Source of the DNA: a virus | Lineage: Duplodnaviria > Caudoviricetes | Virus record (IMG/VR): IMGVR_UViG_3300024331_000061 | Span: 19,784 to 83,783 of that record | DNA length: 64,000 nucleotides | Direction: 5' to 3' (one strand) | In this document: in pieces, positions 9,201-17,814 of the stretch | Layout: every line of letters begins with the position of its first letter | Position numbering within the stretch: the first letter of the stretch is position 1 | Made by a program: the position numbers and the translations under genes | The notes under the pieces: model-generated | Databases searched by the model: none | The model's input: the letters and a program-made list of their open reading frames with translations, nothing else | What the model was told of the DNA's origin: nothing

Positions 9201-10214
9201 CCCGGTGACCAGCCCGCCCAGGCCCTTGACCAGCGGGGCGATCAGCGGTGCGGTCGCCCGGAACGCCTGCCCGAGCAGTGGCAGCAGGGTCTGGGCCACG
9301 CTGGTCACGCTGGTCAGAAGCGGCTGGATCAGGGTGCCTGCCCCGGCGAACGCCTGCTTCAGCTCGGGGGTGATCGACCGCATCAGGCTCGGGATTCGCT
9401 TCAGCGCCGCCATCAGCGGGGTCAGCATGCCCTCGGCCCCGGCCATCAGCCCGGCCTTGAGAGCCGCCCCGGCGGCCTGTGCCTCGGCGTACGCCGGTCC
9501 CTGGGTGGCGGGCTGGCCCTTGACGTTCTTGGTCCCGATGAGCGTCTTGGCCCCGAGTGCGGCGAACCCGAGCCCGGCCCCGGCGGTGACCGCCGCGCCG
9601 CCGATCGCGCCGACGGCGGGCAGCGCCCCGAGCGCCGCGCCGCCGAGGCCGAGGATGGTGGCGGCCCGCGTGCCGATCCCGAGGACGCCAGGCCCGATGC
9701 CCTTGAACAGCCCGGTGCCCAGGCCCTGGTTCTGGTTGCCCCCGCCGCCCCGGCTGGCCGCCCTGGCGATGGCCGCCGTGCCGACCGGGCCGATGCCGCC
9801 GCCACCGCCCCCGCCACCGCCGCCTGCGCGCTGCTGAGCGGCCTGCTGAGCCGGTGCGGACGCGGGGGTAGGAGCGTTGACTACCTTGCCGAGCAGCCCG
9901 CTGCTGGCGGCCTGCTGAGGGCTCGGGGAGCCGCTGACCGGATGCGGGCTGAACATCGCGTTGAGCGAGCCGAGCACGGAACCCTGCGGGCTGGACCGCA
10001 GCCGGGAGGCCGCGTCACGGGAGATCTGGTTATCCAGCTGCGCGAACATGGACCGTGCCCGGCCCAGGCTGGCATTATCGAACACCGCCGAGATGCGGAC
10101 CTTGTGATCCTGGCGCTCGAACGCCTTGACCCGTTCCTCAGCCTGGGTCAGCTTGCGGTCGAACAGGGACATCTCGACATCAAGATGTGCCTGGATGGCA
10201 CCCGCATCGAACAT
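6234..10214 (-). CDS. Tape measure protein with C-terminal NlpC/P60 and lysozyme-like domains
   Basis: 1326 aa with long amphipathic repeats. PYVWGG...DCSG...HVAI marks NlpC/P60; AMAESG...GLYQI...N...PW marks a lysozyme/SLT-like domain. Confidence 0.9.
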   Translation of the reverse strand: MFDAGAIQAHLDVEMSLFDRKLTQAEERVKAFERQDHKVRISAVFDNASLGRARSMFAQLDNQISRDAASRLRSSPQGSVLGSLNAMFSPHPVSGSPSPQQAASSGLLGKVVNAPTPASAPAQQAAQQRAGGGGGGGGGGIGPVGTAAIARAASRGGGGNQNQGLGTGLFKGIGPGVLGIGTRAATILGLGGAALGALPAVGAIGGAAVTAGAGLGFAALGAKTLIGTKNVKGQPATQGPAYAEAQAAGAALKAGLMAGAEGMLTPLMAALKRIPSLMRSITPELKQAFAGAGTLIQPLLTSVTSVAQTLLPLLGQAFRATAPLIAPLVKGLGGLVTGLLPGLISLLKAAGPALNVFAQVMATIGKDLGTMLTEFAPVIKPASAILKALLDVVAALFPIIGKLAAIFANALAPVFVTFAAVIKSLLPFLTIIGKLIASLAGAILTDLVAAFTAVAQLLIAVAPSLSAFATALSGIFTVMENSGVFAILGDALEALVKPLARLITALLHGLTPLLPPIIKFISALSGILINALVSAVLAILPPLTQLATVALQAIASVLPVILPLLLTFVGLFTTAVVSVIQDLASGLTSLINAIPPDVLKGIVVGLLAIWGAVKLWAAVQWILNAALAANPIGLIIIAIAALAIGIFELVKHWKAVWGEIKQLAADAWHFIWDGFGKFLLPLLGPVGLIALGVIELAKHWKAIWGEIQKVASSFWGWLHQVFGTDISNFFTRTIPNVWDSFYHATINRLINPVKGGFRDLINWFHQVFGTDVSNFFTKTVPGWFQTAATNIGRFWNGVKSVVSGPVKFVVNTVLGAVANGFDTITSALHLGAPIPRPPYIRNFAAGGKITVGTGPTADDVLIRASKDETVLSAAHSSLLAPLLATIGVPGYAKGGKVGQNPPGVTPAQARFGSGVNPVGGPSLGDILHAALNVPRIVSEILSPTSNPGATLTMVSKALTGLANHLGNGGAGGAFGNLLTQLPKIIITDLAQWLSGQGLGGASGSAIADYAMQFIGKIPYVWGGTAVPGGADCSGFTQAIYHHFGINAPRTSEAQGSWVHRSPPVPGGLAFYHSPAGGADPGHVAIVRDAMRVISQGGGMGPQLMNLHAMPLLWTGVPPGGLGTARGGGATAGTMSARAIAALWSQLGGPGWAANNMAAIAMAESGDRPGAVQQGQPPGLTGWGLYQITPTSGIRQNGAFGNLLNAANNTRAAISLFSSSGYGPWASDPVARGLLGAGGRRGFAKGGLIREPVIGFGASGTQYTFGEKGQEWVTPAGPGGSAPAGQLANVLNIMLPEGGTLAQAFAELSFRLRVAQQQGWTGVMPGG

Positions 10215-10500
10215 CAGGCACCACCCTTCTTCGACCTGTCTGCCTCCAGCTCGGCCCGCATCGCGGTCAGGTCCAGCACGTCCGCGCCCATGTCCACGTT
10301 CTCGCGGACCTTCGGCCCGGCCATGCCCGGCGTCAGCTCCGTGTTCTCTTCGCGGAAGCTGAAGGGCACGCTCTCATCTTCCGCCAGCCCGTCCAGGTAG
10401 CACTTCTGCACGTCCCATGCCAGCTCATCCCACTCGGCCAGCGAGAGGGACAGGTAGCGGCGGATGATGTACCCGATTACCCGGCGCGTGCGCCACGCAG
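10214..10500 (-). CDS. Tail assembly chaperone C-terminal (T) frame, probably reached by -1 frameshift
   Basis: The -1 frame relative to 10477..10908 is open across the junction (...RRVIGYIIRRYLSLSLAEWDELAWDVQKCYLDGL...) and ends at the tape measure start. The upstream (5') boundary, given here as 10500, is uncertain. Confidence 0.6.
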
Positions 10501-10908
10501 ATTCGTCACCTGCGCGTTCCCACCGCCGGTCACGGCTTCCGGGGCCATCACCTCTTGCTGGAGCCAGTTGAAGAAGACAGTGCGGATGCGCATCGGCAGC
10601 TGGCCGATCTGCTCAGCCGTGGGCGTGTCCGAGCACAGCTCCGCGTACACCTCGTTCAGCTTGTTCATGGCCCTGATCTGGATCTCGGGGTCCAGGTCGT
10701 CCAGGGCACCCAGCATCGACACCGGGTCCTCCAGGTCCACGCCCTCGGGCAGGTCCTTCTGGGCTGCCTGGAACGTGTCCTTGACCCCGGCCATGAACGC
10801 CGCGATCTGCCGGTCAGTCGGCTCCGGGATGGTGCCGTGCGCCTGGACGAAGGGCCTCAGGTCGAAGTCGAGCGCCTCTACGACGCCCTCAGCCTTGAAT
10901 CCTGCCAC
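10477..10908 (-). CDS. Tail assembly chaperone (G)
   Basis: 143-aa acidic ORF between the major tail and tape measure genes. Confidence 0.7.
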   Translation of the reverse strand: MAGFKAEGVVEALDFDLRPFVQAHGTIPEPTDRQIAAFMAGVKDTFQAAQKDLPEGVDLEDPVSMLGALDDLDPEIQIRAMNKLNEVYAELCSDTPTAEQIGQLPMRIRTVFFNWLQQEVMAPEAVTGGGNAQVTNLRGARAG

Positions 10909-10917
10909 TTGCTGCTC

Positions 10918-11526
10918 CTAGCTCGTGGCGATGGCCGTGAGGTCAGTCCACGTGATCTGGTTGAACGGGCAGACGGCGTTGAGCGTGAGCGGGTACAGCC
11001 TCTGCTGGGCTGCGCGCCGGTACGCCGTCTGGACCTGCCCGGCGGACACCACGGTGGGGATCGAGAGCACGCGGGCGAAGCCGAGCTGGTTCTTGCCGAC
11101 GAGCGCCACGGCCACCTGCTGGAAGTTGGTGCTCAGCGTGAGCACCGACTTGCCGGGCTGGCCAGCGCCCGCCGGGGTGACCGCGACCGAGCCGCCGTTG
11201 CCCCAGGCAAGGTTGACGTTGGTCAGCGTCTCTTCCGACAGTGAGCAGGTCACCTGGAGGGTGGCGGTGCTGACCGCCACGCCGACCGGCGTCGGCTGCT
11301 CTTCAATCGTCAGGTCCTGGGTGGTCGGGTTGAACGTGACGGTGACGCCAGCCTCGGTGGCTCCCACGTAGGCCCAGCCGAGGCCGGTCCAGGACGAGCC
11401 GACGCCCAGGTTCTGGTCAGACGGCACCGCCGTGCCGACGATCGCCGTGAACAGGATGCCGATCCCGAACAGGACGTTGGTCGTGGTGTAGTTCGGGGGC
11501 GAGTAGACAAGCGGCGGGCCAGCCAT
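10918..11526 (-). CDS. Major tail protein
   Basis: 202 aa; W-x-x-VGAT-x-x-GV motif and T-L-x-E-x-T-x-x-N motif; canonical position. Confidence 0.8.
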   Translation of the reverse strand: MAGPPLVYSPPNYTTTNVLFGIGILFTAIVGTAVPSDQNLGVGSSWTGLGWAYVGATEAGVTVTFNPTTQDLTIEEQPTPVGVAVSTATLQVTCSLSEETLTNVNLAWGNGGSVAVTPAGAGQPGKSVLTLSTNFQQVAVALVGKNQLGFARVLSIPTVVSAGQVQTAYRRAAQQRLYPLTLNAVCPFNQITWTDLTAIATS

Positions 11527-11531
11527 CTAGA

Positions 11532-11906
11532 TCACGTCTCTTCCTGGGTGAGCTTCACACCCGAGTCACTGGCCGCCTCCATCATCGCCTGCACGGCACG
11601 GGCGGGCACTTCGGTGTAGTCCTCGCCCACCTCAAGGCCGTTGTGGACGAAGGCGATATGCGGTGCTTCCACCTTCAGGCGGATTGTCTCGCCAGCTGCC
11701 GCCTGGGCGCGGACGCTGGCCAGCTCGCTCTCCAGCCTGGCTGCCCTGGCGGACAGGTCCTCGTCAGCCGCAGGCTCGGCGCTGGTGCCCAGGGCCGCGC
11801 TGTCGGCCTGGTCGTCCTGGGTCTCGCCTACCATCCGGGCTGCGAGCGTGTCCGTGGCACCGGCCTCTTCCGGTCCCGCGTAGCCGGGCTGACCTGGCTC
11901 TGTCAT
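11532..11906 (-). CDS. Hypothetical virion-region protein
   Basis: 124-aa ORF in the structural operon. Confidence 0.55.
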   Translation of the reverse strand: MTEPGQPGYAGPEEAGATDTLAARMVGETQDDQADSAALGTSAEPAADEDLSARAARLESELASVRAQAAAGETIRLKVEAPHIAFVHNGLEVGEDYTEVPARAVQAMMEAASDSGVKLTQEET

Positions 11907-11919
11907 GTCTCAGATCCTC

Positions 11920-12405
11920 TCACGGCTGAACGGGAATGAGCGTGAAGGCGCGGACCACCAGGTTGGTGGTCGTGGTGAAGTCGATGAGGACGCAGCCCAC
12001 GTCAGCGGCCACGACGGCCTGGCTGTTGAGCGCACCAGCCCACGTCTGCCCGGAGACGCCCTGGATGTTGTAGGTGGCCGGGGACCACGGACCCAGCCAG
12101 CCCGAAGACGTGACGCCGAGGGTGGCCTGGATGGTCGTGCCCGGCGCGTACGTCCCGGTGTTGCCAACCGGGTCTCCGATCAGCACCTGGGAGACGCCAG
12201 CCCCGGCAGCGCCGCTGGCCCAGTACAGCACCACCTGGCCGTTGTTCGGGATGCGGATCGCACCGGAGATGTTCGGCCAGGCGGTGATCGCGCTCGGGCT
12301 GCCCGCGTCGTAGCCGGGCGTGGCCGCTAGCGGGAACACGCTGGTCAGCGGCTGGCTGTTGAGCGGGATCGGCAGCAGCGTCACGCGGGGCTGGGGGAAC
12401 GCCAT
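11920..12405 (-). CDS. Virion structural protein
   Basis: Start reassigned to ATG 12405 (MAFPQPRVTLLP), preceded by AGGAG; beta-rich. Confidence 0.6.
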   Translation of the reverse strand: MAFPQPRVTLLPIPLNSQPLTSVFPLAATPGYDAGSPSAITAWPNISGAIRIPNNGQVVLYWASGAAGAGVSQVLIGDPVGNTGTYAPGTTIQATLGVTSSGWLGPWSPATYNIQGVSGQTWAGALNSQAVVAADVGCVLIDFTTTTNLVVRAFTLIPVQP

Positions 12406-12406
12406 G

Positions 12407-12829
12407 TCAGACTCCTGTAACGATAATGTAACTGCACGTGAACTCGTGCCTGAGGTCCCCTGGATCGACGGGCAGCGGGGTCGGGCCGTTGGTAGCCCTG
12501 TAGGCATTGCTGATCTGTACGCCATCGACCAGCACCGGGAACGGGGCTCGCAGGATCAGGTCATCCAGGAACTGGGCCGTGGCCTCAGGCTCGAACGGGT
12601 CGTCCTGCGGCCCGCGTACCCGCACCTGGAACATGCTGGCGTCTACCACGCCCTCGTCCGCCAGGTAGCCAGGCCCGCCGCCGCCCGTGATGAACACCGA
12701 GCGGTCGGGCTCGTCCAGGATCTGCGGCCCGGCGAACAGCGGGTAGCCGACCTCCTGGGTCGCGTCCCAGCCAAGGGACCTGATCCAGTCGATGATCAGC
12801 TGCGTCTGGGCTACCTGGAGGACGGGCAT
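12407..12829 (-). CDS. Tail terminator / head-tail joining protein
   Basis: 140 aa; GGPG...FQVRVRG...E-F-T-C-S-Y pattern of actinophage tail terminators; position agrees. Confidence 0.65.
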   Translation of the reverse strand: MPVLQVAQTQLIIDWIRSLGWDATQEVGYPLFAGPQILDEPDRSVFITGGGGPGYLADEGVVDASMFQVRVRGPQDDPFEPEATAQFLDDLILRAPFPVLVDGVQISNAYRATNGPTPLPVDPGDLRHEFTCSYIIVTGV

Positions 12830-12830
12830 G

Positions 12831-13334
12831 TCAGCGGCCCCTCAGGTGCGGCGGGGGCTCCTGCTTGTTCATGACGTGCCACCAGATCCACCCGATCAGC
12901 TCGGGCGGCAGGTGCCGCAGCCGGGCCTTGGCCCGCAGCTCGGCGTCCGTCAGCCGGTGCTGCTTGGGCTGGCGGTCGTAGATGCTGCGGACCCCCACGT
13001 GCACCTCGGGGTGCCCGGAGCGGAGCAGGTCACCGAACTCGCGCGGCGCGTTGGCCTCGACCTGATCGCTCAGGTCCTCCATCGCGTTCTCCATCGCCCG
13101 GTGGCCGCCGTCGCGCAGCACGTCACGGGCGTACTGCGCCAGGTAGTCGTCGTAGTTCTCGTACAGCGGGGCCTGGAGATACTGCGCCCGGCCGCCGCGC
13201 GGGTGCCGCAGCTCCAGGTGCTCGTGCTGGTAGTGGGCGTAGACCTGATCCACGGTGACGGTGCCGTGCAGGTTCCCCTCGCGGCTGCCGGTCTTCCGGC
13301 GCAGCTCGGCTACCTGCTCGCTGAAGCTCTTCAT
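12831..13334 (-). CDS. Neck / virion morphogenesis protein
   Basis: Start reassigned to ATG 13334 (MKSFSEQVAEL). The YAHYQHE...HPRGGRAQYL motif is typical of head-tail neck proteins. Confidence 0.6.
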   Translation of the reverse strand: MKSFSEQVAELRRKTGSREGNLHGTVTVDQVYAHYQHEHLELRHPRGGRAQYLQAPLYENYDDYLAQYARDVLRDGGHRAMENAMEDLSDQVEANAPREFGDLLRSGHPEVHVGVRSIYDRQPKQHRLTDAELRAKARLRHLPPELIGWIWWHVMNKQEPPPHLRGR

Positions 13335-13861
13335 GGCATCCAGCTCTGCCCGGACCAGTCCAGCCCGCGCGGGGACCACAGCCCAGCCGGGGTGTCGGAC
13401 TCCAGGTAGCCGTCCTGGCCCACGCGGGTGTTGCTGTCGCTGCCGTTGAAGATGGGCGGGATGCGGTTGACCACGTGGGCCATCTCCGCGCCGACGCCAG
13501 CCCCTGCTACCGCCGGGTCCAGCCTGATCTCTCCCGAGCGCACCGCGTCCAGGATCTTCTGCGCGTTCTGGTACGCGATGAAGGCCGGGTGTGTCGCGGG
13601 TATGGCCTTGGACTTGAGGTAGTTCTTCCAGGCCCAGAAAGCGGCCAGGTCCAGGCACAGGTCGTGGAAGATGTCCGGCGGCACCGCCTGCGGCACGCTG
13701 GAGTCGTAGACCGCCCCGGCGTAGACGCTGATCCGGCTGCTTGCGGTAGCAAGAGCCTGGTTGAGCTGGAGGTCGCTCAGCTGCGCGGGCGTGCCGACCC
13801 CGCTGTCCGTGCCGGACAGCACCTCGCGCAGGTCAGCCAGGGTGGCATACAGGACCGTCAT
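13331..13861 (-). CDS. Head-to-tail adaptor (Mu gp36 / DUF1320-like)
   Basis: Start reassigned to ATG 13861 (MTVLYATLADL). YAT-x-x-D-L, AS-x-x-I-x-x-Y and AY-x-x-A-x-x-x-L-x-x-V-x-x-G pattern. Confidence 0.7.
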   Translation of the reverse strand: MTVLYATLADLREVLSGTDSGVGTPAQLSDLQLNQALATASSRISVYAGAVYDSSVPQAVPPDIFHDLCLDLAAFWAWKNYLKSKAIPATHPAFIAYQNAQKILDAVRSGEIRLDPAVAGAGVGAEMAHVVNRIPPIFNGSDSNTRVGQDGYLESDTPAGLWSPRGLDWSGQSWMP

Positions 13862-14064
13862 GGCACCGCGCAGGCAAGCAGCCAGGCCGCGAAGCCGCCG
13901 AACCCCCAGGCCCACGCCGGGCCGTGGAAGATGCCGCCGACGATGAGCGCGGCGATGGCGAAGCACACGAAGCCGAGGAAGCAGATGAACCGTGACAGGA
14001 ACCACGGGGACCGTGCCACGTAGCCGGACTGTCCCTGGTAGCCGGGCTGGCCTGGAGCTGCCAT
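13858..14064 (-). CDS. Small membrane protein
   Basis: 68 aa with two hydrophobic helices; coupled to its neighbours by overlaps. Confidence 0.55.
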   Translation of the reverse strand: MAAPGQPGYQGQSGYVARSPWFLSRFICFLGFVCFAIAALIVGGIFHGPAWAWGFGGFAAWLLACAVP

Positions 14065-14264
14065 CAGCCTGTCCCTCCGAACGACTGGGCCTCGCTTGGG
14101 TCATTGTCCGTGGTCGTGAGCGAAGTCAGGTTGGAGACGCCGTAGGCGGCCTCCAGCGTGCTACCGGCCGGTACGTCCACGATGGTCCCGCCCGTGACGG
14201 GGAAGTTGCCGCCATCCCAGTTCACGATGATGTCCTTGTTGACCACGCGCGGGTTGGCGGCCAT
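14064..14264 (-). CDS. Small virion-associated protein
   Basis: 66-aa ORF with 1-nt overlaps. Confidence 0.55.
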   Translation of the reverse strand: MAANPRVVNKDIIVNWDGGNFPVTGGTIVDVPAGSTLEAAYGVSNLTSLTTTDNDPSEAQSFGGTG

Positions 14265-14860
14265 CAGTTGCTCACCCCTGCTCCGAATCCGGTCAGCCCG
14301 CCCTCGGCGTGCGCCGGGTAAGGCAGGAGCGTCTGCGGGTTGTACCCGGCCAGCTCGGCCAGGGTGTTGTAACTGGCATAGACCGGCGCGTAGATGCTGG
14401 GCATCGGCGCGGTCCAGGCCCAGGTCGGTGCAGCCGAGTAGACCAGCGTGATCGAGCCGCCAGGCGGCAGCATCACCGAGCTGGGGCTGGCGATGGCGGT
14501 GCCGCTCCGTCCGTCGGCCAGCGCGGTCCAGACCCAGGTAGGCGCAACCGAGTAGGTGATGGCGATCGTGCTGCCCGCCGGGACCACCAGGACACCTGCG
14601 GTCAGGCCCGAGGACACGCCGCCGACCGAGATGACGGTGACCGTACCGGCGGTCACGGTGACCGCGACGGGGAACGGGTTGGTGTTGCTGGCGGCCACCG
14701 TGCTGGCCGGGACAGCTGGCGTGGCGACCACGGGAGCGAGCGGCGGGGCAACCAGGATGCCGGTGACCGTGCCGCCGGTCACCGTGACGTTGACGAACTG
14801 CCCGTTGCTGTTGGGCGCAGCTACCGTGGTGGCCGGTACTGCCGGGGTTACAACGGTCAT
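14264..14860 (-). CDS. Beta-rich head decoration/fibre-like protein with internal duplications
   Basis: 198 aa; TPAVPA(T/S)TVAA occurs twice and P-x-G-x-x-I-x-x-x-YS-x-APTW-x-W occurs twice. Confidence 0.6.
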   Translation of the reverse strand: MTVVTPAVPATTVAAPNSNGQFVNVTVTGGTVTGILVAPPLAPVVATPAVPASTVAASNTNPFPVAVTVTAGTVTVISVGGVSSGLTAGVLVVPAGSTIAITYSVAPTWVWTALADGRSGTAIASPSSVMLPPGGSITLVYSAAPTWAWTAPMPSIYAPVYASYNTLAELAGYNPQTLLPYPAHAEGGLTGFGAGVSN

Positions 14861-14868
14861 CCTGGCTC

Positions 14869-15150
14869 CTAGTTTGCGAGGGCTGCGTGCCCTACGTCAT
14901 CGACACCCTGGGTGAACAGGCGCAGGTTGCCAGCCCCGATCGCCGTGAACAGCGGCCCGGCGGGGTCCAGCACGATGGCCGTGCCCGAGATGAACGTGGT
15001 GGGCCACAGGTAGCCAGCCTGGCCTACTGCCGTAGCCGCGTTGCCGAGCCCGGCGAGCCCGCCGCTTCCCTGCTCGCCCGCAACCGCCGTGGCCAGCGTC
15101 CCGGCGGCCACGGTGACGGTGGAGGTGAGCACATAGCGGTTCAGCGCCAT
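14869..15150 (-). CDS. Small virion-associated protein
   Basis: 93-aa ORF in the head operon. Confidence 0.55.
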   Translation of the reverse strand: MALNRYVLTSTVTVAAGTLATAVAGEQGSGGLAGLGNAATAVGQAGYLWPTTFISGTAIVLDPAGPLFTAIGAGNLRLFTQGVDDVGHAALAN

Positions 15151-15581
15151 CAGAACCCCCAGCCCGGATTGCCGGGCACCAGCTGCTCGCCTGCCGCGCT
15201 GAAGGACGGGTTGACGGCCAGCTGGCCGAAGGTGACGCTGTTCGCGTGCGCCCTGGCGAAGCCGCCCGCGACCGGGATGTTGGTAGCCGTGCCGGTGGTG
15301 GTCACCACGACCACCTCAGCCAGCGCGCCCACGTCGTAGAGCAGGCGCATGCCTGCGGTGAAGCTCGCGCCGCCCGAGGCGACGGTGATCGCCAGCGTGG
15401 TAGCCGGGGTGACCACCGCAGCTGTGGCGGTGCCCGTCGGGGCCACCGCCGTGAAGGTGAACTGCCACTCGCACCCGGAGCAGCGGTACAGGACGCCGCC
15501 CGCGCTCACGTCGATGAACGACCGCAGCGCCTTGCATCGCGGGCAGAGTGCCAGCGAGTTGACGGGGATCGTGGCAACCAT
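15150..15581 (-). CDS. Zn-ribbon-containing protein in the head operon
   Basis: 143 aa with CPRC...CSGC, followed by a beta-rich tail. Confidence 0.55.
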   Translation of the reverse strand: MVATIPVNSLALCPRCKALRSFIDVSAGGVLYRCSGCEWQFTFTAVAPTGTATAAVVTPATTLAITVASGGASFTAGMRLLYDVGALAEVVVVTTTGTATNIPVAGGFARAHANSVTFGQLAVNPSFSAAGEQLVPGNPGWGF

Positions 15582-15584
15582 GTG

Positions 15585-16154
15585 CTACCTGCCTGCCTGG
15601 GCTCGCTGGCGGACGCGGCTCGGGATGATGTCCTCGGCGTCCACCTGGCGAGCGCCAGCCCCCGGATCGCCGTCCCAGTTCTCGCTGCCCGGCTGCGGCT
15701 CCTGGCCCTCGGGCACCTCGCGGTACTCCACGGCTGAGCTGCCCGGCGGGTCCGGTCGCGCGAAGTCCGTCCCCGGCGGGGGAGGGGGCGGCGCATGCAG
15801 CGCGCCGGACACCGCCTTGGGCGGGACGCGGCGCAGCGGCTCGCTGGTCGATCCGGGTCCGGTGGCCGGGCGGATCACCGCGATCCGGCGTCCGTCCCTG
15901 ACGCCGTGCCGCATGTACGTCGCGGCCTCGGCCTCGGTCAGGTGCACCGTCTCGCCCGCCAGCACCAGGTCCGTGTTCTTCTCCGGGTCTCCCCGGCGCG
16001 GCACGGACAGCGGGATCAGGGCGATGTAGGGGTCACCGATGCGGACAGCGGGGGCCATGCCCGCGCTGGCCCGCGCGAGCAGGTCGTCCAGCGTCTTCTG
16101 CTCGCTGGCGGTGAGCGGCCGGGTTTCCTCGGCAGCCTTGGGCTGGGCGGGCAT
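15585..16154 (-). CDS. Hypothetical protein following the major capsid gene
   Basis: 189-aa ORF with a 1-nt overlap with the capsid gene stop; Pro-rich C-half. Confidence 0.6.
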   Translation of the reverse strand: MPAQPKAAEETRPLTASEQKTLDDLLARASAGMAPAVRIGDPYIALIPLSVPRRGDPEKNTDLVLAGETVHLTEAEAATYMRHGVRDGRRIAVIRPATGPGSTSEPLRRVPPKAVSGALHAPPPPPPGTDFARPDPPGSSAVEYREVPEGQEPQPGSENWDGDPGAGARQVDAEDIIPSRVRQRAQAGR

Positions 16155-17065
16155 CAGACTCCAGAGAGCAGGCAGATGGCCAGCGGCTGGTCGAGGCCGA
16201 TGGCGGAAGCCCGCTGGGTGTCGGAGCGCCAGGTCTTCCTGGGCTCGTCACGGTAGAGGGGACCGGCGACGTAGGGCAGCTCGTCCGCGAAGAACCCGGC
16301 GCGCTGGCGCTGCATGACGATCGCGTTGCCAGCCGGGACCTGGCGGCTGACCAGCACGTCCAGGTTGAAGATCTTCTGCGGGAGCTTGCCGGTGTAGAGC
16401 AGGTTCTCGCTGGCGATGTCACCGATGTACGGCGCGGCGAACGTGCTGCTCTGGAGCAGCGTGTTCTTGGTGCCGTGGTTGATGATCAGCGTGTCGGCCT
16501 CGAAGCCGAGCCACTGCGTGACCCCGGACGGGCTGACGATGTTGGCGTTCTCGATGAGGAAGCACGCCTGGGCCAGGTCAGCCCGGATGGTGGCCGCAGC
16601 CGACGCCCAGGTGTTGCTCACCGCGAGCGTCTGGATGCTGGAGTTGGCCACCACCGCCGAGTAGAAGGCGGTGTTCCAGCTGTAGACCATGGTGTTCTTG
16701 ACCTGCATGAGCTGCCGGGTCACCGGGTCTACCGCCTGGCGGCGGCGCATCTCGTCCGAGAGCATGATGGCCATCGCGCGCTCGTGCGTGAAGACCACTC
16801 GCGGGATGCCGATGCTCGTCGGCACGACGGGCACCTCACCGAACTCTGGCCGGATCTCGGGGTAGTCATCCGCGTACAGCGGCGTGCTCTCCGAGTACCT
16901 GACTGCACCACTTGGTGCAGCCCCGCCCATGCGCAGCACCGAGTCCATCACGAACTCGTTCTGGGTCATGTCGAGGATGAGAGCAGGAATGACCAGGGGG
17001 TCCTTCAGCAGCTCATTGACGGTAATGCGCGGTGCATCGCTGTAGCCGCGAGTCCCTACCGGCAT
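16154..17065 (-). CDS. Major capsid protein (HK97 fold)
   Basis: 303 aa after the protease and decoration genes. EFGEVP motif, and the C-terminal D-x-P-x-A-I-x-x-L-x-GV ending typical of major capsid proteins. Confidence 0.85.
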   Translation of the reverse strand: MPVGTRGYSDAPRITVNELLKDPLVIPALILDMTQNEFVMDSVLRMGGAAPSGAVRYSESTPLYADDYPEIRPEFGEVPVVPTSIGIPRVVFTHERAMAIMLSDEMRRRQAVDPVTRQLMQVKNTMVYSWNTAFYSAVVANSSIQTLAVSNTWASAAATIRADLAQACFLIENANIVSPSGVTQWLGFEADTLIINHGTKNTLLQSSTFAAPYIGDIASENLLYTGKLPQKIFNLDVLVSRQVPAGNAIVMQRQRAGFFADELPYVAGPLYRDEPRKTWRSDTQRASAIGLDQPLAICLLSGV

Positions 17066-17088
17066 CGGTCACTCCTTTGTTGTTCAGG

Positions 17089-17586
17089 TCAGACGGTGAG
17101 TCGGACGCGGCCGAGGAAGAAGGATGCCGCGCCCTGGCCGCCGATCTGCTGGGTGAGCATGGCCGCAGCCACGCCTCCGGGGTGCGTGCACTTGCCGACG
17201 ATCTGGTCCGTCGCGGGGGCGACACCGCCTGTGATGAGCGTGCCGTTGGCCGCTGCGATGACCAGCTGGCCCTGCGGCACCGCGCCCGAGAACCAGGCCC
17301 AGATGTCCGTGTGGCCGTAGTAGACGGACACGTAGTCGGTCAGCACGCTGATGTCGATCAGCGGCTGGCCGTAGGCGTTCGCCGCTCCGGTCTGGGTGGC
17401 GATGACGTTGGCGTCGTTGCCCGCGATGCCGAGCGCGAACTTGGACGCCGCCGTGCACGGCTTGACCGTGAGGTCCGTGGTGGGGTTGGTCACCGTAGTG
17501 AACTCAACGAGCTGTCCGCCGTAGATCAGCGTGCTGACCTGGAAGTTGGCAGGACCCATCTTGTAGTGCGGAAGGACTGCACTCAT
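17089..17586 (-). CDS. Capsid decoration/cement protein (DUF2190-like)
   Basis: 165 aa between scaffold and capsid genes; LGIAG-x-D and Q-I-V-G-K pattern. Confidence 0.6.
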   Translation of the reverse strand: MSAVLPHYKMGPANFQVSTLIYGGQLVEFTTVTNPTTDLTVKPCTAASKFALGIAGNDANVIATQTGAANAYGQPLIDISVLTDYVSVYYGHTDIWAWFSGAVPQGQLVIAAANGTLITGGVAPATDQIVGKCTHPGGVAAAMLTQQIGGQGAASFFLGRVRLTV

Positions 17587-17610
17587 CCGACTATCTCTCT
17601 TTCCGGGTTG

Positions 17611-17814
17611 CTAGCTGCCGTTCGATACGGCGAAGCCGAGTCCGAGCTGGTCGTGCATGGTGGTAGTGGCCACGGCCCGCAGGTTGCCCGCGCCGAGCGC
17701 GGTTACCTCGGCCGCGCTCAGCTCCAGCACCTGCTTGACGAAGACCACTTTGGCCGGGTGCTGGTAGTCGGTCGCCGCGATGGTGACCGGGACGGTTACG
17801 ACGAATCGTGACAT
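17611..17814 (-). CDS. Small hypothetical head-region protein
   Basis: 67-aa ORF adjacent to the protease stop. Confidence 0.55.
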   Translation of the reverse strand: MSRFVVTVPVTIAATDYQHPAKVVFVKQVLELSAAEVTALGAGNLRAVATTTMHDQLGLGFAVSNGS

